Assembly (NCBI GenBank): GCA_964016885.1
Contig: OZ024761.1
Coordinates: 9,114,001-9,178,000, forward strand
Length of the DNA stretch: 64,000 nucleotides
Direction of reading: 5' to 3'
Source: Eledone cirrhosa
Lineage: Eukaryota
A program made the translations under genes and the position numbers. Positions 55,801-64,000 of the stretch are shown in pieces; position 1 is the stretch's first letter; every line of letters begins with the position of its first letter. The notes beneath the pieces were generated by a model. The model was not told where the DNA came from. It did not search any database and was given only the letters and a program-made list of their open reading frames with translations.

Positions 55801-57317
55801 TTCCTACCTGGTAATACCAACATTTATTCCTACCTGGTAATACCAACATTTATTCCTACCTGGTAATACCAACATTTATTCCTACCTGTTAATACCTACA
55901 TTTATTCCTACCTGGTAATACCAACATTTATTCCTACCTGTTAATACCAACATTTATTCCTACCTGTTAATACCTACATTTATTCCTACCTGTTAATACC
56001 TACATTTATTCCTACCTGTTAATACCAACATTTATTCCTACCTGTTAATACCAACATTTATTCCTACCTGGTAATACCAACATTTATTCCTACCTGGTAA
56101 TACCAACATTTATTCCTACCTGGTAATACCAACATTTATTCCTACCTGGTAATACCAACATTTATTCCTACCTGGTAATACCAACATTTATTCCTACCTG
56201 GTAATACCAACATTTATTCCTACCTGGTAATACCTACATTTATTCCTACCTGTTAATACCTACATTTATTCCTACCTGTTAATACCTACATTTATTCCTA
56301 CCTGTTAATACCTACATTTATTTCTACCTGTTAATACCTACATTTATTCCTACCTGGTAATACCAACATTTATTCCTACCTGGTAATACCAACATTTATT
56401 CCTACCTGGTAATACCAACATTTATTCCTACCTGGTAATACCAACATTTATTCCTACCTGGTAATACCAACATTTATTCCTACCTGGTAATACCTACATT
56501 TATTCCTACCTGTTAATACCAACATTTATTCCTACCTGTTAATACCAATATTTATTCCTACCTGTTAATACCAACATTTATTCCTACCTGTTAATACCAA
56601 CATTTATTCCTACCTGTTAATACCTACATTTATTCATACCTGTTAATACCAACATTTATTCCTACCTGTTAATACCTACATTTATTCATACCTGTTAATA
56701 CCTACATTTATTCCTACCTGGTAATACCAACATTTATTCCTACCTGGTAATACCAACATTTATTCCTACCTGTTAATACCTACATTTATTCATACCTGTT
56801 AATACCAACATTTATTCCTACCTGTTAATACCTACATTTATTCATACCTGTTAATACCAACATTTATTCCTACCTGTTAATACCTACATTTATTCATACC
56901 TGTTAATACCTACATTTATTCCTACCTGGTAATACCAACATTTATTCCTACCTGTTAATACCAACATTTATTCATACCTGTTAATACCAACATTTATTCC
57001 TACCTGTTAATACCTACATTTATTCCTACCTGTTAATACCTACATTTATTCCTACCTGGTAATACCAACATTTATTCCTACCTGGTAATACCAACATTTA
57101 TTCCTACCTGTTAATACCAACATTTATTCCTACCTGTTAATACCAACATTTATTCCTACCTGTTAATACCTACATTTATTCATACCTGTTAATACCAACA
57201 TTTATTCCTACCTGGTAATACCTACATTTATTCATACCTGTTAATACCAACATTTATTCCTACCTGGTAATACCAACATTTATTCCTACCTGGTAATACC
57301 TACATTTATTCATACCA
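52809..57317. repeat. 26-bp satellite TTTATTC(C/A)TACCTG(T/G)TAATACC(A/T)ACA, ~173 copies
   Basis: Uninterrupted 26-bp periodicity over 4.5 kb. Confidence 0.97.
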
Positions 57318-57495
57318 GCAGATACTAATTAATGACCATTTGCTTTGTGCCTTTTTTTTTGGTTTTGTACTTTTCTTTTGTTGTTGATGTTGTTGTTGTT
57401 TCTTTGCTTTGCCCCTCGGTTCTCTCTCTCTTTCTTTCTTTATTTCTCTCTCTTTCTGTCTCGCTCTCTCCCTCTCTATGTCTCTCTCTTTCTTT

Positions 57496-57526
<31 letters not shown>

Positions 57527-57646
57527 CACCTTTCTCTCTCTCTCTCTCTCCCTTTCTTTCTCTCTCTCTCGTTCTCTCACTCCCTTTCGTTATTTCTCTC
57601 TCTCTCTTTTTCTCTTTCTTTATATTTCTCTCTCCCTCTCTTTCTT

Positions 57647-57713
<67 letters not shown>

Positions 57714-57971
57714 CAGATAACAACTTCCATAAAGATAAACCAAAAAAACGTGAAACTATTGAAATATTAGTTAAAAGTGAATCCCCCTCCCCACAAATTA
57801 CAAAAATAAAACAAAATATGAACGAATAAGCAAATTTGAAATTAAAACGAAAAACCAACCAATATCTTCTTTTACAGTGTGTGATTAAAATATGTCTACC
57901 TCATATAAAAACGATAAGAGTACACTTGGATCTGGGGTGGGTGTCGAGGGTAGTCTATTATATTATAGTCC

Positions 57972-58664
57972 CGATGTACGAGGGTGAATCCTCTTATAGT
58001 GTTTCGGACTTTCTGTCTAATGGGTCAACATTGTACGAGGGTTAATTATATGAAAGGGACTCTCGGACTATCTGTCTAAGGGTCAACGGTGTACGAAGAT
58101 TAATTATATTATAGGGTTTCGGACTATATTTCTAATGGGTCAACATTGTACGAGGGTTAATTATATCATAGGGTTTCTCGGACTATCTTTCTAATGGGTC
58201 AACATTGTACGAGGGTTAATTATATGAAAGGGTCTCTCGGACTATCTGTCTAAGGGTCAACGGTGTACGAAGATTAATTATATTATAGGGTTTCGGACTA
58301 TATTTCTAATGGGTCAACATTGTACGAGAGTTAATTATATCATAGGGTTTCTCGGACTATCTTTCTAATGGGTCAACATTGTACGAGAGTTAATTATATT
58401 ATAGGGCTTCCCGGACTATCTTTCTAATGGGTCAACATTGTACGAGGGTTAATTATATTATAGGGTTTCTCGGACTATCGTTCTAATGGGTCAACATTGT
58501 ACGAGAGTTAATTATATCATAGGGCTTCCCGGACTATCTTTCTAATGGGTCAACATTGTACGAGGGTTAATTATATCATAGGGCTTCCCGGACTATCTTT
58601 CTAATGGGTCAACATTGTACGAGGGTTAATTATATCATAGGGCTTCCCGGACTATCTTTCTAAT
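57972..58664. repeat. ~59-bp minisatellite, ~12 copies, with a duplicated 3-unit block
   Basis: tgtacgag..cggactat..gggtcaacat recurs every 57-59 bp. Confidence 0.93.
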
Positions 58665-58765
58665 CTTCTCAAAGTAAATATACATTCACAGAAGGTGTCA
58701 ACTACATTATTCAAACACATCACTTCTTGTTTCAAAGATGCAAGATATGATACGATGGGGAGAAT

Positions 58766-58915
58766 TTAACTGTTATTTCTAACTAACAAGTCATACAACT
58801 ACACAGAGCAGTCATTATCTATTGGTTTTGTAACTGTTTTTAACTGTTATTTCTAACTAACAAGTCATACAACTACACAGAGCAGCCATTATCTATTGGT
58901 TTTGTAACTGTTTTA
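58766..58915. repeat. Tandem duplication of ~74 bp
   Basis: ttaactgttatttctaactaacaagtc...gtaactgtttt twice. Confidence 0.9.
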
Positions 58916-59170
58916 AATATGTCACCAACAGCCTCCCGTAGTTGTCATTGTTTTTTTTTTGTTTTTTTCTTCCAATTCCAATGAATTATGAACACATTTT
59001 GAAATACCAGAGGTTGGCTTTAAGAGATATTTTCTAGTTTAAATGTTAAAAACTATCTCAACTCTCATAATTCAATCACATTAGAATCTACGAGCAATCT
59101 AATGGAGTTTTCACGAATTTTCAACAAAAAACAACAACAAAAACAACAACAATAATAACAATAATAATAA

Positions 59171-59381
59171 TTGTTTCTACTTTAGGCAGAAGGTCAGCCA
59201 TTTGAAGGGTAGGGGAAAGTCGATTAAATTGACCCCAGTGCATTATTGGTGCTTTATTTTATCGACCCCTGCGTAAGGCAAAGCTGACATCGGCCGGATT
59301 TGACACATAACGTAAAGGGCTGTAACTCTATGCTGAAAAGCATGTTGTTCAACGCTCTACAGATACTACAAATCCATCGCC
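59171..59381 (-). mobile_element. Full-length Meta/MESC-core tRNA SINE flanked by (AAT)n
   Basis: Same family as other copies; starts ggcg on -, ends gtagaaacaattatt. Confidence 0.8.
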
Positions 59382-59649
59382 AATAATAATAATAATGATT
59401 TCATTTATTGGCCACAAGGGCCGACATATAGGGGACAACACAATAGACAGGGACAGTGGGGGTTTACATAGAGATCGAGTAAGTATAAATAACAAAAAAA
59501 CAAAATAACAATAAAAATACAACAATGAAAGTTCCCCAATAAGAGGGATCACCACCCAGGGTTGACTCAAGCACCCCACCAGTCCTGAGCCACCCGACGC
59601 TCCTAGGGCACCCGGGAAGGGCACCCCTCTCCTTCTCGAATTCACCAGC

Positions 59650-62600
59650 CTACAGGCGCATGATCAGAGTAGGCCCACTCACGCGGGCCATTCTCGCCAC
59701 ATTCACCCACCTTTCAGTAAATGTACTGGGGGGCAGCACTTCTCTCTCCACCCTCACCTTCCTTTCCAAGTGAAACTTGAAGAAGTTGATGAGGGATTGG
59801 CCGAAGAGAAAAGTGTCTGTCTTCAGTCCTTTCAACCTGGTCCACCATGCAACCTCTTTCGCTACTGCCACCAGGCAGAGGAAAATTGCCTGCCCTTCCT
59901 GACCAAAAGAAGGCGGCGGGTCAATCTTCACTATGGACTCGGACGATAGCCGGATCCGTTCTACACGCGACAATAGCTGTTCGACATAACCCCACAAGTC
60001 AGCAATGCACGGACACTGGACGAGTGCGTGCAGAACGGTTTCGTCGCTCTGCGCGCATCTCGGGCAGGTTCGTCTGACAGCACTTCCGTGCCTGTAGAGT
60101 TTATCCCGAACCGGCAGCGCCCCCCGGTAGCACTGCCAAGCGAGGGATTTCTGGAAGTTATCCATCGTCCCCGGCTCGAAAGTCCTCCGGAACATACTGG
60201 TCAGTTCTACTTCGTTGACGCCCAGAGCCTCTCCTAGTACGTCATCGCACTTGCCCTCCACTAATCCTCTATAGAAATCTTGAGTGGAAGTTCCACTGAC
60301 CGCATTGCCCACCTTGCAGAGTGCAGTGAGCGCCTGGCAACATTCCAGATGCCAGTCGCCCAGTCTCGGTCTCTTCTTGACCCAGGACTGCAGCTCAGTC
60401 AAAGAGATGAGCTGCGGAAAGGCCCGTCTAACAAACGGCGACCACACCTGTTCACCGTTTAGGCAAAATATCTGGAGATGTCGCAGCCTCAGCGCATGTC
60501 TGCGCATCATTAGCCACGGCATGCCCAGCCCTCCACGAAGAGGGTGCTGGCAGCAGATGGACCGCCTCACCAACGGGACCCGTCCCCTCCACAAAAATTT
60601 GAAAAGGAGCCGTTCCAAATTGGCGAGGCGTGGACGGGGGCAAGGCACGACGGTCAGGCGGTAGTAGATGACGGACGCGATGTACGCGTTCGCCACCTCC
60701 GCCCGCCCTTTCAGTGATAGCTTTCTCTCAGCCCATTTCTGGGTGAGGTTGGCTATCCTGCTCGTCACCTCGTCCCAATTCTTATCCACCTGGAGGTCTG
60801 GTCCGAACCAAACCCCGAGCAACTTTACCGGTCCGTCTGTCCAGCGCCCAACGACGCTGTTGGACGGCATGGACTTGCCTCTCCAGGTGCCGAGCTGCAA
60901 GCCCACCGACTTTTCCGGGTTAAGTTTTGCTCCCGTCAACCTTTCATATTCCTCCAAATGGGTGCGGATCACCTCGATTTCCGAGGTGTCCGACACCATC
61001 ACGGTGATGTCGTCCGCATAAGCGGACGCAGCCTTTCTGCGTCCCGGTTCGAGCGGGATGCCCTGCAACAACTCCAGCTTCCGCAGTAGAGGCTCAAGAG
61101 TCAATACGTACAGAAGTGAGGAGAGAGGGCACCCTTGACGGACCGATCGAGAGATCTGAAACGGTTCCGAGAGGTGGCCATTAACTTTGACCACCGAGCA
61201 GATGCCGCTGTACATTGCAGCGATCCAGCTTCTGAAGACGGGGCCGAAGCCAGCCGCCTCGAGGACAGCCTCCAAGTACCGATGGTCGACCCTATCGAAT
61301 GCTTTCGATTGATCTAAATTGATCAGAGCCCCACCGAAGCCAGGTTTGCACCCAACCCTCTCTATGATGTATCGCATGAGGTGGAGGTTGTCGTGTATGG
61401 ACCTGGTCGGGATTGCGCAAGTTTGCGCCTCCCCAACCAAATCTTTGACGACAAGCGCCAACCTTTTCGCTAACACCTTGGCCAAAATCTTAAACTCTGT
61501 GTTGAGCAGGGTTATGGGCCTGAAATTATCTAGTGTGTCCCTCTTGTTCTCGTCTTTCCTTATCAGCGTCACTACGCCACGGCTCACAGAACTGGGAATG
61601 CTCCCGTTCTGCTGCCAGTTGCAGTAGAGCGCTTCGAGGAGATCGGAGAACAAGTCTGGCATATTTACGTAAAGCTCGTAGGGCAGACCATCCAAACCGG
61701 GTGACTTGCGACTCGAGCAGCCGACAAGGGCGTCCTGAATTTCGACTGATGTTATCGGCTCTTCGCAGCGCTCAGCGTCGGCCGTCGAGAGGCGTGGCAA
61801 GCCGTCGAGGTAGGGACTGAAGTCCGCCGCCGTCTCCGACTCACCCATCCTCCCGAACAATCGAGCAAAGTGCTGGCGAAAGGCCTCACACATCTGCTTG
61901 GAATCGCTCAGTTCGTGTCCATCTCGATCCGTCAAAGACCGAATTGTGGTTTTATTTCCACGCTGCGTCTCTGCAAAGCGAGCCCATCGGGCAGCTTTGG
62001 TTCCCTCGTTCCTCAGAGCACGCGCCTTAGCTCTGACAATGCAACCTTCGTGTTTCGCATTGAAGAAATGGTCTAGTGCCATTCTCGCCGCTAGCACGTC
62101 TGTTGCAATGCCACTACAAATAGCCTCGTCTAACTTAGCTATCAGCCCCTCCTCCTTTCTATTTTTCTCTATTGCTACTTCTTTGCTAAATCCTATCGAG
62201 GTTGCTCTAATCTCTCTTTTGAGAGCCCCCCACCACCTGTTGTTGACAACCCCCCCTGTCAACTTTTTCTTAACTAAGTTGTTGACCCGGTCCCTGTAAG
62301 CTTTACGTGCCGGAAACGACATGTTTAGCTTCCAGTAGCTAGGTCCTAACCTACGTGTCTTATCTAGGTCGACCATACAGATCACAAGCTTGTGATCTGA
62401 ATAGGCAACCGTTTTAAAATGTGGACATCCTACACTATTTCTATCTCTTTTCCTAATGAAAATCCTATCTATGTACGATCTAGATGACCCTATGCGATTG
62501 GTCCAGGTCCATACTGGCGCATTAGGGAAATCTAGTCGGTACCTGTCAGACAGTTGAAACTGGCTGATCAGGTACTTGAGGCTTTTGCACCCCCCGCTCC

Positions 62601-63069
62601 TATCAGATACTCCCACACAATCCCAGCGTGCTTCTAAGATGCCATTCCAATCCCCTATTAACAGTAAAGGGCGAGACGTAAGCAGAAAGTTTTCCAGGCG
62701 CCTAAAGAAGTCCGGCCGACCGGCCCCAGTAGGGGCGTAGACGGCCACCAGTCTAAAGGCACCACCTTCGCTATTGCTCACGTCCAGGACCACCAACTTT
62801 CCGTCAGGATCCCGGAAGATTGACCTTACCTCGAGATCCAGACATTTCCTAAACAGCACAGCCACTCCACCTCCCATTCCCGGCCGACTAACAGATGCAA
62901 AGATCTGATAATCGTCGAAAATCGGCGCCAGTGCGCGTGTGTCGGAAATTCTGGTCTCGCTGATGGCAATTACATCCATTCCTAGTGACCTGAGGTCGTT
63001 GAGCAAGTGACCTTGCTTCCAGGGCGACCCCAGGCCACGAACATTTAAACTTCCTACTCTTATGGCCAT
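59650..63069 (-). CDS. LINE ORF2p: AP endonuclease, reverse transcriptase, C-terminal Cys/His domain (1139 aa)
   Basis: LNVRG, ISET, YAP, GDWN, IDRIF, SDH; KSPGLDG, FRPITLLN, KAFDRV, RQGCPLS, YADD; CPRC..ETVLHALVQC. Confidence 0.96.
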   Translation of the reverse strand: MAIRVGSLNVRGLGSPWKQGHLLNDLRSLGMDVIAISETRISDTRALAPIFDDYQIFASVSRPGMGGGVAVLFRKCLDLEVRSIFRDPDGKLVVLDVSNSEGGAFRLVAVYAPTGAGRPDFFRRLENFLLTSRPLLLIGDWNGILEARWDCVGVSDRSGGCKSLKYLISQFQLSDRYRLDFPNAPVWTWTNRIGSSRSYIDRIFIRKRDRNSVGCPHFKTVAYSDHKLVICMVDLDKTRRLGPSYWKLNMSFPARKAYRDRVNNLVKKKLTGGVVNNRWWGALKREIRATSIGFSKEVAIEKNRKEEGLIAKLDEAICSGIATDVLAARMALDHFFNAKHEGCIVRAKARALRNEGTKAARWARFAETQRGNKTTIRSLTDRDGHELSDSKQMCEAFRQHFARLFGRMGESETAADFSPYLDGLPRLSTADAERCEEPITSVEIQDALVGCSSRKSPGLDGLPYELYVNMPDLFSDLLEALYCNWQQNGSIPSSVSRGVVTLIRKDENKRDTLDNFRPITLLNTEFKILAKVLAKRLALVVKDLVGEAQTCAIPTRSIHDNLHLMRYIIERVGCKPGFGGALINLDQSKAFDRVDHRYLEAVLEAAGFGPVFRSWIAAMYSGICSVVKVNGHLSEPFQISRSVRQGCPLSSLLYVLTLEPLLRKLELLQGIPLEPGRRKAASAYADDITVMVSDTSEIEVIRTHLEEYERLTGAKLNPEKSVGLQLGTWRGKSMPSNSVVGRWTDGPVKLLGVWFGPDLQVDKNWDEVTSRIANLTQKWAERKLSLKGRAEVANAYIASVIYYRLTVVPCPRPRLANLERLLFKFLWRGRVPLVRRSICCQHPLRGGLGMPWLMMRRHALRLRHLQIFCLNGEQVWSPFVRRAFPQLISLTELQSWVKKRPRLGDWHLECCQALTALCKVGNAVSGTSTQDFYRGLVEGKCDDVLGEALGVNEVELTSMFRRTFEPGTMDNFQKSLAWQCYRGALPVRDKLYRHGSAVRRTCPRCAQSDETVLHALVQCPCIADLWGYVEQLLSRVERIRLSSESIVKIDPPPSFGQEGQAIFLCLVAVAKEVAWWTRLKGLKTDTFLFGQSLINFFKFHLERKVRVEREVLPPSTFTERWVNVARMARVSGPTLIMRL

Positions 63070-63098
63070 GCTGGCAGGATGAATGGGAGAGGAAAGGT

Positions 63099-64000
63099 TT
63101 ACTTACCTTCCGGGGTCTTGTGAAGGTCGGGTGGTTCGACCTCCATGGTTTGTGGGGTTTCTTTTGGGAACCCCTTTAATAGTCTTGACGTGGGTTTTAC
63201 GTTCGGGGTTCCCACATCCCGAGGAAAGCTCTTTCGAATTTCTTTGTATGAAACGAGCGACATTCGCATCAGAAGCAAATTATCTGGTGCGCGAAATGTG
63301 CTCGCTTCAAATGTTTCCCCCTCTTTTTCGATGTTTGTGCTTCGTGCTACATGGGCCATCAATTCCTTGTTGGCCCTTCTGGCAAGCACGAAGTTTTTAA
63401 TGTTTTGTTGCTCGGGTTTTATTTGTTCGTGTGATTGTGGTGGTGATAGCTTTGTTAGTGTTGTTTCTATTGTGTCTGCGTTTGTTGTGGGTGGGGTGTC
63501 TGTAGTTTCTGATGTTTGTGTGTCTATTTGTTCTTGTGTCTGTTTAGCTTGTTTGCGTTTGGGGGATTTTGGTGGTTGTGTTGGTGATGCTGTGGGGAAA
63601 ATGTTTGTGTGGGTGGTGTGTGTATTTTTTTTTGTGGGGGTGTTTGTGCTTTGTGGATTTCTTTTTTTTTTGTGTTTTGTTTTTTGTATTTTGGGGGACT
63701 TTGGTTTTCCCTCATCTTCACTGCTGGAGGATGAGGGGTCTGTGGCTGTGAGCGTGTTTGTGTCTGAGTGAGTGTTTATGTTCTTGTTCGTGTGTGTATT
63801 TTGGAGGGGAGGGGGAATGGGAGAGCTTTCCTCGTTTCCCCCCTGGGTGTGCAATTTTGGTGGTTCCATTGTTGACGGTGTTGCTGGTGGTCCTTGTCCC
63901 GGCGTCGCCAGCAGTGGAATCTTTCGACCCCTTGCGCTTTTCGGCAGTTGAGGGCAGAAGGCTCGCAAGTGTGTCGTTTCCCCACAAAGGAAACAATGCG
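63099..64000 (-). CDS. LINE ORF1p C-terminal part (5' end outside the window)
   Basis: Frame is open to the window edge: HCFLCGETTHLRAFCP (CX2CX4HX4C) followed by a low-complexity region. Confidence 0.88.
   Translation of the reverse strand, partial: HCFLCGETTHLRAFCPQLPKSARGRKIPLLATPGQGPPATPSTMEPPKLHTQGGNEESSPIPPPLQNTHTNKNINTHSDTNTLTATDPSSSSSEDEGKPKSPKIQKTKHKKKRNPQSTNTPTKKNTHTTHTNIFPTASPTQPPKSPKRKQAKQTQEQIDTQTSETTDTPPTTNADTIETTLTKLSPPQSHEQIKPEQQNIKNFVLARRANKELMAHVARSTNIEKEGETFEASTFRAPDNLLLMRMSLVSYKEIRKSFPRDVGTPNVKPTSRLLKGFPKETPQTMEVEPPDLHKTPEGK

Larger units (their letters stand above)
59382..64000 (-). mobile_element. L1/Tx1-type LINE, apparently intact within the window; 3' UTR 59397-59649 with aataaa and (TTA)n tail
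   Basis: ORF1, a 29-nt spacer, ORF2 and 3' UTR in order. Confidence 0.93.

Noticed and set aside
52809-58664. CRISPR-like regular repeats
   Set aside because: Head-to-tail units with no unique spacers, no cas genes, eukaryotic context.
59847-63771. Plus-strand ORFs over the LINE
   Set aside because: Antisense shadows of a GC-rich coding sequence.

Overview
Animal (eukaryotic) non-genic DNA, extremely rich in (TA)n and other microsatellites. I could not support any host protein-coding gene, rRNA, tRNA gene or CRISPR array, and nearly all listed ORFs are microsatellite artefacts. The Meta/MESC-core tRNA-SINEs and repeat style suggest a mollusc, probably an octopod (inference). Real coding content is all retroelement. 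It includes an apparently intact L1/Tx1-type LINE (ORF2 59650-63069, ORF1 running off the window end), truncated and inverted relatives, RTE, RTE-X and Vingi-like fragments, and a decayed Naiad-type Penelope-like element (PLE; GIY-YIG, 30721-31539). The main hidden signal is that the short unique islands between (TA)n tracts carry about 24 type-I hammerhead ribozyme (HHR) motifs from about 13 sequence families, read by eye. Most sit in head-to-head fold-back insertions. Many fold-backs turn exactly in HHR stem II, leaving half-ribozymes. Several families share a TTGAGT(A/G/T)CT motif downstream of the cleavage site, two families end in a synonymously conserved ORF start (MTLPKYNN), two HHRs have the compensatory U3-A8 core, and one 593-nt unit starts at its own predicted cleavage site (retrozyme-like). 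All coordinates were read manually and may be off by a few bases.
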